A stretch of 64,000 nucleotides of DNA. It comes from an uncultured virus (IMG/VR IMGVR_UViG_3300044627_004988). Its lineage: Duplodnaviria > Heunggongvirae > Uroviricota > Caudoviricetes. The notes beneath the pieces were generated by a model. It saw nothing but the letters and a program-made list of their open reading frames with translations. It had not been told where the DNA came from and did not search any database. A program made the position numbers and the translations under genes. Of this stretch, positions 29,301-37,630 are shown in pieces. The first letter of the stretch is position 1. Each line of letters opens with the position of its first letter. The stretch lies in IMG/VR virus record IMGVR_UViG_3300044627_004988; one strand, 5' to 3'.

Positions 29301-31202
29301 GTAGGTATATTCCAGTTGACTATCAAAATCAAAGTTTATAGGTGGTCTAACAATACTTTCTCCAATTTTTTCAATGCCAGCTAGTTTTATTTTAAAAGCC
29401 TTTTCATAAACTTGTTCATCTGAAATATCATTTAAGATTACTTCATCTGATGAGAACTCTCTCTTGGATCTTATGCTAACTTTTAAGTCACTTAAATCTC
29501 CAACTCCATTTTGGATATACCTAGGAGTAGATTGTCCAGCAAATGGATTTTTATCGTAAGAAAAAGGAACCTTTTTTACTCCTTCTTCAAATTTTCCAGC
29601 GTAGTCCCAAATCATTTCTGACCATGGAACAAATCCCCAGTTTGTTGGATACTCTATATTAATTTTTTCTACAAAATCTATAAAAGCTTTAGTTGGATTA
29701 TTATTATCTTCAAAGTATTTATTTAATTCTTCTAGGTTTTCCATCTCCAAAACTATAGGAGTAGCTCCTACGCTATCTGAGCTTGGAGTTGCCCCAGTGG
29801 CTCTCCAAAGATCTAGCTCTCTTCTAATTGTTTTCTTAAAGGAATCTATGTCTGGCCCTGGAAGGTTTTTGTATACGTCTAGAATTCTAGTTTTGTAATT
29901 TTCATTGCCTTCCATCTTTAGTCTAGGAAGACCTACTCTAGAACCAAATTCGTCAAACATATTGAAAACTAAAACTTCTGTTTGTGTCTTGACTAACTCG
30001 TTTATTTTAATCTGGTTAAATGGCCTTAGAGTCAAAACAACTCTGTCATTTGGCTCATGGTAATAAACGTAATCTTCTACTCTATGAGTTATAAAGTCAG
30101 CGTACGTTGATATAGGGGTTAGTCTAATATTATCGCCTTTTACGCTAGTTATTAGACTAGGGCAATTGCTAACAGAGTAAATCCAAGTCAGCTGTTCTAC
30201 GTCGGCACCTGTCACTGATTTAGCTAAGCTAAAATAATCTATCAAAGACTCTACTGAATCTAAACTATCCCCAATAAGGGCATTAATAAATTTTCCACCA
30301 AAACTTTCAGGTACAGCAAAAGTTGGGGTTGCATCTGGTAAAGAGTCTTCAAAAAGCTTCGTCCACGATGGGAACTTCTTGAGGATATCCCTAGTGGACT
30401 CAGTTATGTTTGGAGGATTAGGTTCGGAAATTTGCACTTCAACCAAAAGAAGAAAATCAATATTGCCTATTTCCTGAGGCGTTAAAGACCCAATCATTTG
30501 GTCGTTTAAAGATAATGGCGTATCGTATATTAAGAAACCATTTTCATCAATGCCCTGGCTTGATACTAGATAGTTACCTGTATCAAACACGGCATCGGGT
30601 AGCTCTGTAAGGAACTCCACTTGGATCTTTATAAACCTCTTTGATCTTTGTATAAACAAAAATTCAGTCTGAGTTGACACATCATTTGGCATCCAGAAAG
30701 GAGTTGCAGATTCCAGTACATCGTCTGACTCGTAAACTTGTAATGTATATTCTATTGGGATACTAGACGGTGCGTTTACAAATGCGCCTTTGTAAGCCAC
30801 TAAGTCCACTCTAGATGTTGTATCAACAAACCTTTCAAGGGGAGTTGTTTTATTTGTCGGCGTAAGAACAAAATATCCATTTTCTTCTACCAAATCATAG
30901 ATTAAAAAAGAACCTTGTTGTGTACCAGTTGGGTAAACGTAGTTAAGATAGAAGTCTTGATCTGTTATTACTTCGCCAAATTCCGTGGATAACACGGAGT
31001 CTGCTAAGGTAGGAGTTGCCCCTTGGATTATCTCGTTACCTATGAAGGTAGAATCGCCTAAGTAATTATGGCCATACTTAGACCTCATGGTTGAATAGTT
31101 TGTATAACTTGAATTATCGTACAGGTCTATTGGGTCAGACGTCCACACTTTACCTTGCTTGTTAAAGTGTATGTTAGATAATGTTAATACATAACTTTTC
31201 AT
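26343..31202 (-). CDS. Large baseplate-wedge/fibre-like protein with C-terminal Ig-like domains
   Basis: FDEFGSRVGLPRLKMEGNENYKTRI (wedge-like). Invasin/Ig-like segments ETDNNGFAYARV and IKADGVSTLSIKG. 13 ATP and 6 STP motifs. Confidence 0.6.
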   Translation of the reverse strand: MKSYVLTLSNIHFNKQGKVWTSDPIDLYDNSSYTNYSTMRSKYGHNYLGDSTFIGNEIIQGATPTLADSVLSTEFGEVITDQDFYLNYVYPTGTQQGSFLIYDLVEENGYFVLTPTNKTTPLERFVDTTSRVDLVAYKGAFVNAPSSIPIEYTLQVYESDDVLESATPFWMPNDVSTQTEFLFIQRSKRFIKIQVEFLTELPDAVFDTGNYLVSSQGIDENGFLIYDTPLSLNDQMIGSLTPQEIGNIDFLLLVEVQISEPNPPNITESTRDILKKFPSWTKLFEDSLPDATPTFAVPESFGGKFINALIGDSLDSVESLIDYFSLAKSVTGADVEQLTWIYSVSNCPSLITSVKGDNIRLTPISTYADFITHRVEDYVYYHEPNDRVVLTLRPFNQIKINELVKTQTEVLVFNMFDEFGSRVGLPRLKMEGNENYKTRILDVYKNLPGPDIDSFKKTIRRELDLWRATGATPSSDSVGATPIVLEMENLEELNKYFEDNNNPTKAFIDFVEKINIEYPTNWGFVPWSEMIWDYAGKFEEGVKKVPFSYDKNPFAGQSTPRYIQNGVGDLSDLKVSIRSKREFSSDEVILNDISDEQVYEKAFKIKLAGIEKIGESIVRPPINFDFDSQLEYTYNILNQKTATIKFLVELVVSGVTYYANYTLNTVSDIYAAGPLYSIFNIATNRTNSDVQFKSKTTNVNYVDNTSTTASNTIHISNVTEARVSFGHFIYSSTTPLYTISGHSTSNSGWIHPKGHATAKYYTTSYANASTSTLPSPYYTITTPTISKMQIEYGSSMLSSTPSIGYTSAVKTSGVLRPYSTSSGTATPSFSIPFNSLVALAKGFPPAQSSPTYNALVLRNTVPEDAYIDPDYSTPGYGYNGYGGYVNHPQFNINYFVPGLMIDSDITSPQFFATPSYSLSSTPTTLSVYWDPYAVPSNRKYSLNGVGQNNYPLTVGEWKYFEKTSATPVYFRLSERGVIKSEEDIGASYELSDSISSIDVHRYNFDFNLLTPNKYIVNNISAIPADSSDNSFEVWTDKSSVIPYYSISEDDDLRVPNTMYVPADSYNELKQGTDNDVYIPSVVVRSRLNTKHNKDFESEIHTGWYYLNNQETYVYARPVTENVTYTSSNPYHQIVLSGHAKQGAPVIIESLSNPSTSLTQVAFIDAATPSVFGSFNTEYLEARKNNYLYVGYKNIYEVSVYDPITELYLLENGSSNTEKITMPAGSMVPGRTYTVKYKVRNAYSVDNEYLDSNNKLKTKILFHATPITGDTNYAVTYESTLFDSSTPSGVYHSPMKSLLNEGFVYLTDSVYEYDRFLAETNPGYLIDDPASDYSILTIESYDKNGNPKPYQKYNITSSLLSVEPSSVETDNNGFAYARVAYSGATPAIVNNAPLYISGVQSGYSMANDSATLNYSIVKSESGLDSLYAEVDPQIIKADGVSTLSIKGMLSSKTKDTSSVRVYYRLGRTLYSAITKPTYNSVVSLEDGSFTIGPITAQSSATPGYWFAVVETEFSSNNVSSPVTISGDIVHWFEDSQDAILNSSGRVTSVQDTFTASDFSFVSSTPVYKIDYLTGNPAQKSATPNVSLPKWFKIPRLTQYQLGILGNDYYSLDNNRQIYPS

Positions 31203-31213
31203 TTAGTCCCCTA

Positions 31214-32482
31214 TTATACTGCGTCTAACCAAATAGTGTACTCGCAAGTGATTCCATTTTCTGGATGGATGTACATTAGCTGCTGAGAAGGTCTGCTCAT
31301 TGAGGAGAAAAACTCTTGTGCGTATGTATTATAGCTTTCTGGTGAACCAGAGATTCTTAGAGTAGCACTCCCTATAGTCATTTTAAATGACTGATGGTAA
31401 TGGCCCATAAAAACGTCATCAAAATGTTCTGGAATTGCTCCGTCTTTCCAGCCCATTATCTTTTTATAGTAGCCATGAAAAGCGTTAGGTGAAGGTAATT
31501 GATCTCCATGGATAAGCAAGCTGCTATGGTTACCTATAGAGTCGACTGCATACCAATGTCTTTCACCTTTGCCGTCTGGAATATTAAAAGTTATTCTTGG
31601 CTCATCGGCGAAGATTAATCGTACTATCTGATACAGCAATCTGTCCATGTTAGACTCTGGGTCATGTTGCTTTCTTGCTCGTCCACCTATTGCTCCATGG
31701 TTTCCTATAACGCCAGTAACATGTATATGTTCAAAGTTCTCTAATGCTGTCTTCAAGAACTTTACAAGTATCTCTGGTCCATTGATACCAACTTGACGGT
31801 AAAGGCCAGAGTCGATCAAGTGGGCTTGTCCAGGAAATATTTCTTCACCTTCGACTATATCACCAAGCAACCACACATGAAGATTGTTAACCGGGTGGTG
31901 CTTTCTTTGTATCTCTGTAATTTCTATCAACTTTTCTGTATACAATTCTATGCGGTCTGCTGCTACGTTAGAGTTGTAATCTGGTGTGACCTTTCCTAAT
32001 TGCCAGTCTGCAAAAACTGCTACTGCAGTTTCTGGTACACCTGGTACTTGTTTAATTACTGGCTTTTTGGTCACTGGCATCGTGAACTCAGAAAAAGCAT
32101 CGAGCGCTGCTTGATATACTGACTCTACTGCTTCGCCTTTAGCGTTCTTGTTTTTTTCTGCTAGTCTAAGTAGGCGCTTATTTTCAGCTCTAAGGTAGTT
32201 TACGGTATCTTCGTTTATAGTTAAAAATGAGGAATGGCTGCTAACGTCTTCGTCTTCTTCGTCTTCATCTGTGCTATCATTGTGGCTTGACTGCAGATAC
32301 TTACTGTCAGCTTTAGAAACTAAATTACTGATGTCGAACTCTTCTTTATGCTCAACTTCGTATTTTTCATTTAGAATTTCGCCATCTGCTTTTTGTCCAG
32401 ATGCAAGGAGTCGTGCCTTAGCCATATTACTAGCCTTGACTATAGACGTGGTTTTTACTACATAGTAATTGTCAACAGACAT
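31214..32482 (-). CDS. Calcineurin-like metallophosphoesterase with an N-terminal small domain
   Basis: FADWQLG, LGDIVEG, GNHG, IHGD and GHYH: the complete motif set. Confidence 0.85.
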   Translation of the reverse strand: MSVDNYYVVKTTSIVKASNMAKARLLASGQKADGEILNEKYEVEHKEEFDISNLVSKADSKYLQSSHNDSTDEDEEDEDVSSHSSFLTINEDTVNYLRAENKRLLRLAEKNKNAKGEAVESVYQAALDAFSEFTMPVTKKPVIKQVPGVPETAVAVFADWQLGKVTPDYNSNVAADRIELYTEKLIEITEIQRKHHPVNNLHVWLLGDIVEGEEIFPGQAHLIDSGLYRQVGINGPEILVKFLKTALENFEHIHVTGVIGNHGAIGGRARKQHDPESNMDRLLYQIVRLIFADEPRITFNIPDGKGERHWYAVDSIGNHSSLLIHGDQLPSPNAFHGYYKKIMGWKDGAIPEHFDDVFMGHYHQSFKMTIGSATLRISGSPESYNTYAQEFFSSMSRPSQQLMYIHPENGITCEYTIWLDAV

Positions 32483-32498
32483 TCATGAACCTACTTTT

Positions 32499-33668
32499 TT
32501 AGTATTGTGTTGACCCTATTATAGCAGGATATATCTCCACAGCACCTGCTACAAGGTATGATCTTTCGCTTTGTAGTTGGTAATTATTTTTTGGTATTTC
32601 TACTCCATTAACAGTCATTAGGTTAATTATAACTTCTCCAATTAAATCAGAAGAAGAAAGTATTTGAGACTGTATGACTGATGCATCGACTGAATCTCCT
32701 ACCGTAAGAGAGTTTAAGTATCTTTTTACAAAGTACGCAGCCTGGTTTGCTATGCTCACTGCCGAAACCGAACTATTCCCTATAGGTAGTATTATGTTAG
32801 CTGATACAGATACTGGGACCCTCTCCGCAACTCTTACATTTAGTTTAATGCCAACAGGCTTATAAGCTAACAGCTCTCTGTATACTACTGAGTCAAGGGT
32901 TCCAGCAAGCATTGGGCCTTCTGGAACAACGATGACGTCGCATGACCCCATACCAAAAGAGCCCTCTCTAATTTTAACATCTCTAACACCCTTTATTGAT
33001 AGGGCTGCCAACCTAATTGATTCTGCTGTTCCGGTAGAATATAACTTAACTGACCTTATTATTCTTCGTCTATAAGCCTCATCGTTTTCTGTGTTGACCT
33101 CAGAATAGACGTCTTTAACATTTTGTACAGATAGTATAACTCCAGGGGGTGCTATAAAATCATGTCGGGTTAAAGTGCCAGCAGCAGCTGTGTGTGCTTG
33201 GTTACCTGAAGACGGTAAGATTTGGCCAAAAGCTTTTCTAGAACCAGCTGGGATGGTGACATCTCCTGACAATAAATACCTAAACTGGAAAGAGGAACTA
33301 TTTGATATATCGTTATAGACTGTAGTTCCCTTAGATATAATCAGGTCTTTGCTGTAAACTTTTGCTATAGAAAAAACTACGTTTGCTAGGTTTCTATCAG
33401 AAGCTATAGTGTCTGTTATCTGCTTTCTTGGGACCGAGTACAACTCACCTATTAGGTCTAAGTTTCTGCCTGAAGCGGTGTTTATCATGGTCTGATCAAT
33501 GTTATATTTTAGTACACTGTAGAGATCTCCGATTTGGTCTGCTACGGCCTCAGCAAAGGCCCTGGCGATTGATCCAGGGCTTGTAGACGTGATGCCTGCG
33601 TTCTTCTCAAGAGAGTTAACCATTTGGGATAGTATCTCTGATCTGTTTTTTGTATAAATGACGGCCAT
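32499..33668 (-). CDS. Baseplate J-like protein
   Basis: SPGSIARAFAEAVA, TASGRNLDLIGELYSVPR, ENDEAYRRRI and GTAESIRLAALSIKGV. Confidence 0.85.
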   Translation of the reverse strand: MAVIYTKNRSEILSQMVNSLEKNAGITSTSPGSIARAFAEAVADQIGDLYSVLKYNIDQTMINTASGRNLDLIGELYSVPRKQITDTIASDRNLANVVFSIAKVYSKDLIISKGTTVYNDISNSSSFQFRYLLSGDVTIPAGSRKAFGQILPSSGNQAHTAAAGTLTRHDFIAPPGVILSVQNVKDVYSEVNTENDEAYRRRIIRSVKLYSTGTAESIRLAALSIKGVRDVKIREGSFGMGSCDVIVVPEGPMLAGTLDSVVYRELLAYKPVGIKLNVRVAERVPVSVSANIILPIGNSSVSAVSIANQAAYFVKRYLNSLTVGDSVDASVIQSQILSSSDLIGEVIINLMTVNGVEIPKNNYQLQSERSYLVAGAVEIYPAIIGSTQY

Positions 33669-33677
33669 TTGTTTTCC

Positions 33678-34052
33678 TTATATGTTTTGATTTATTGAAA
33701 GAACTATCGGTTCACCATAACCGGTTATTAACTTTATGTCAAATCTTATAGAATCAGGAGACGTAGGGACTGCTGAGATGACTATGTTTTTTCCTGCAAA
33801 AACTCCCTCTCTATCTAGGGCTGCCCTTATTAAGCTCTTGCCGTAATCTGCTGTTGCCGGGTCTTGTGGCATTCCGTAAAGGGCAGAAAGTGCTGTGCCT
33901 AATTTAGGGTAGATATAAAAATCACCAGGCTCAGTCATTAATCTAATATAGATTTGTTGAAGATCGTTTTGTGCCACAGACTGAGTTAATGTAAGGTCTT
34001 TGTTAGAGCTGAGCTTCATGTCTCCATCAAAGCTAAAATGTAAGTCAGGCAT
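33678..34052 (-). CDS. Baseplate wedge gp25/W-like protein
   Basis: DL...QQIYIRLMTEPGD...YPKLGTAL pattern; sits immediately upstream of J. Confidence 0.75.
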   Translation of the reverse strand: MPDLHFSFDGDMKLSSNKDLTLTQSVAQNDLQQIYIRLMTEPGDFYIYPKLGTALSALYGMPQDPATADYGKSLIRAALDREGVFAGKNIVISAVPTSPDSIRFDIKLITGYGEPIVLSINQNI

Positions 34053-34056
34053 CGTA

Positions 34057-34728
34057 TCAATCCAAATCTCTATTTGTCTTAGTCTTTGCTTGGTTAAAAG
34101 TGTAACCCTGAAACATAAGCTTTTTCATGTATTGGATCTTTGTGTCCGAAGAAGTTTTTGCTTCTTCTTGAAGAAGTTTTATTTCATCTTCACTTAAAAA
34201 GTCTTCTATATGTTTTTGCTTACTTAAAGTAGCTTCTTTAACTGCAGAAGGCGCACCATAATCAATGCTGCTTCTAATAGTAACGCTTTCTTCTTGTCTT
34301 GTATTTTTTAATAAATTAATATTATTGATGCTTGTTTCATAGGTATGATACGCTGGGCTTTTTTGAAAGTTTCTTAAAGGAACCAAAAATGGCTCAGTAA
34401 AATTTGACCCTGCGTAGTTAAAGGAATACTTATTCCATCGTATGCCGTCATCTTCTGTCGTGTATATTTTTAAAGTATCTGCAAAGATACTGATTGATCG
34501 GGTAATCGCACTTATAACTATACCAACACCCGGGGATGCCATAATCTCAATGTCACCATTGTCAGCTAACTTTAAATAAGAGGATATATCTGGGTGGTTT
34601 AATCCAACCTCTCTTCGAGAAAATTCATTTCTTTTCTTAAAGATAAACTGATCTTGAACAGTGGATATGTTGATTCCAGCTTGCTCGCCATTTATAGGTT
34701 TTGTTACAGGTTGATTAAACGGATCCAT
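34057..34728 (-). CDS. Baseplate-associated protein (spike-like beta-repeat region)
   Basis: SYLKLADNGDIEIMASPGVGIVIS, and its position between the V-like and W-like genes. Confidence 0.45.
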   Translation of the reverse strand: MDPFNQPVTKPINGEQAGINISTVQDQFIFKKRNEFSRREVGLNHPDISSYLKLADNGDIEIMASPGVGIVISAITRSISIFADTLKIYTTEDDGIRWNKYSFNYAGSNFTEPFLVPLRNFQKSPAYHTYETSINNINLLKNTRQEESVTIRSSIDYGAPSAVKEATLSKQKHIEDFLSEDEIKLLQEEAKTSSDTKIQYMKKLMFQGYTFNQAKTKTNRDLD

Positions 34729-34729
34729 A

Positions 34730-35095
34730 TTAAATTAAATACCTTGGTATTCCCATGTCTGATATATTATTATACATCAATGGACTCATATCATGGGGTG
34801 TTGCATAGAAGGATAATATGTAAGGCATCCTTTCGCTAGTGTCCCTGAACCCAACCAAGCAGCGTGCTCCTATTTCGGGAGCAACCGATTGCAGTCCTTG
34901 AACCATTGGGCAAGATACGTTAGTAAGAACATCGGTCATTTGGTCAGAGTATCTATTTTCTAGCATGACCTTAGCAGTATTTGTGTTCTTGTCGTAAGAA
35001 GCTACTACGCCAAACCTTGTTTTTTGTCTCTGCATTTCTGCAGTACTTATCATGTCTGATATTTTTTGATCAAATTTAGGGTATACTTTAGCCAT
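34730..35095 (-). CDS. Baseplate assembly V/gp138-like OB-fold protein
   Basis: GVVASYDKNTNTAKV...NVSCP...PEIGARCLVGF. Confidence 0.65.
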   Translation of the reverse strand: MAKVYPKFDQKISDMISTAEMQRQKTRFGVVASYDKNTNTAKVMLENRYSDQMTDVLTNVSCPMVQGLQSVAPEIGARCLVGFRDTSERMPYILSFYATPHDMSPLMYNNISDMGIPRYLI

Positions 35096-37630
35096 TATAA
35101 GCCTGACCTTCCTGATGCGTCTGTTCTGTTTCTTATAGCTTTAGCTGCTGGTGCTGGATCGATCCATCCAGGGACTGTAGCTTCGGATGCATAGAGTTCT
35201 CTTTCTTCTGCCTTTCCCAATGGATAGCAAAACTCATCTGACCCCCACCTATCGTATCTCATCTTTACTCCACCCGCTGCTGCTGTAGATATAACATTGT
35301 CTTTAAAATAAGTATCTTTGTATTGTTCGAAATTCACCCAAATATATACATCCCAATAGTTTCTATATGTAGCTGCTTTATATTTAGTACCATCTCTTAG
35401 TTTTGCTACTTCTGCATTAGACCTTGGGCTTTTAAATTTGTCATAGCCGTCGACCAATGCAGTCAGCGCCCATGCCTGATAAACTATCCATTTACCACCC
35501 AATGCTTCATAAGCCTTTTTTACAGTAGAAGGCTTTACTCCAGTAAGAGCACCGTACGGAAAGTTGTCTGCACTATCCATTCCGCCATGAGACCTACCCC
35601 AAGGACCATCTCCCCAATTACCCCAGATCCTAGATAGAGATGATGATCTTTTGCCCCCATCTCTATAGCCTTCTTGTCCAATATATTTTTCAACTTGCCA
35701 TGCTAATATAGCTATTTGGTTAAATGGATACCAATAAACTTCATCAACTGATAAACCGCTCCAACCATCAGCTTTCATTTCTTTTGATGAAGGTTGTTTT
35801 GTTGAATTTTTGTTGCGAATTCTCCATCCAAGCATTGTTTTACCAACTTTGGCAGGTGATTCACCAAATACTATTGGAAGAGGTGTACTTATCCAGTTGC
35901 CTGATTTAATTATCATTTGCCACATTCCTATAGCCTCAGCTTCATTAAAAGCATACGGCCTACAATTAGATTCTCGTTCTGCTATACCAACGAATGTTGC
36001 TATCTCTTCCATATTGAAAAGCCCAGTGCTTGCCATCATCAAAGCTAATTCTTCTGGTGTTAACAGAGTTTGATTTTTTCCAGAGTAGTTTGTATTTCCT
36101 TTTAGGATTGCTGCAGTTAGCTTTGTTTGGTCTAAGAAATATCCTGCCTGAGTTCCAGCTATTGGAGAAACAGTTAAAGGAGAGTCAGAAGAACCACTGT
36201 TTAATCCAATAAAATTAGCAGGGGTTCCTGCTCTTGTCCAACCAAAAGATACGTGTATATGGTTATCATGTCCGCCACCATAGTCACCACCAAAGTTAAC
36301 ATGATCTCCAACACCTTTTCCGCCAAGCCGTCGACTGAATAAAACTTAACAGTGGTCCTCTATCTTGATCGACGTCCCCATTAGGGTAAACTTTTAATAC
36401 GCTACCTGAAATTACCACCGAATCAGGCTGCAGGTATTTAGGCAGTGTCCCTAATTTTTGTACAAATTTTTCAAAAAGTGCCATATATTTATCTGGTCCT
36501 TTTTGAAATGCTGATAATAGTGATTCTTTTGTTGTTTTTGATTCACCAAAATCCATAATGTCAAAACCCCTGCCAAGAGCATGATCGCTTATGGATTCTT
36601 TTCCAACTGTTTGAATAGCTTTCTCGCTAATCAGATTCAGCCCTCTTTCGAAACCAAACCCGCCGCCTATATAAACGCCGCCGTCCCCTTCTGTCATTTC
36701 TTGTAAGAAAGAAAGCAGCGTTAGAGAAGGATAGAAAACTGATTTATTATCATCAGGTAAGTCTAAGAACCCATCAACTGGTAGGGTTCTTGAGGAGCCT
36801 CCAGCTAAATTACCGGAAGCGTCTACTTTATATCCATTTTCTTTTATTGTTTTAAGCTTTGCTTCATCCTCCGGTAGCGCGTTAATGTAGAACTTGCCAA
36901 CACTCCCTTGGAAATTACCACTGCCACTCAGCATTGATATCTTTTTTTCGTAAATAGCTATTTCTTCTTGGGTGAGGGAAGAAACTAAAGCAGCAGGTAA
37001 ATTATTCTTGTTTGGTCCTAAAGACAAAGCATCGTCGGAAACGATATACTCTTGCCCGTCAAGATCGCCAGGCGAAGGTGCTGAGTTTGGGCTGTTTGGG
37101 GTCATGCCTGCTAGGTAAGCAGTAGCTTTTGCCTGAAAATTTCCAGGGGCAAACCCAGACCCTAAGACAGAGTTAGATATTGCTTTTTCAAAAGCTTGAG
37201 TACCAGTTAAAAATCTTTGTGTGTTTGCTGGACCCATAGAGTTTGCAGTAGTATCAGGGTAGGTAAATTCTGGTGACGTAGGTTTTCCATTTCCGTCCTT
37301 TGGTATTTCAGCCTGAGCATAATCGGCACCATAGGTTAATATACCGTCCAAAGAAGAATTTGTTAGCCTGTTGTAGGCAGTCATGGGCATTGCTGGGTTT
37401 CTTGAAAGTGCGTTACCAGACATAATACTTTCTACGTTGTGGGAAATTAAGGTTCTATCTTCCCAACCTTGTTGAGAAAAAGTAGTGTCTTTTATCAACA
37501 TCTTTCCCTCTGGGTAAGTTTGCTCAGCAAATTTTTGCGTAAAAGCTAAAGTAGAATCATTGTCTCCAAGGGTCATCGAAAAGTTTGGACCATCAGAGTT
37601 TGTAGTTGGCATGTATGGGTTGTCCGACAT
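35095..37630 (-). CDS. Tail-associated lysin (~844 aa): M15/LAS-type Zn peptidase + lytic transglycosylase, split by a +1 frameshift at ~36322
   Basis: SDHALGRGFD (H-x6-D) lies in the upstream ORF. HDNHIHVSF (HxH) lies in the unannotated 5' extension of the 35095..36042 frame, which is open up to ~36340. IAERES...GMWQM is an SLT motif. Confidence 0.75.
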
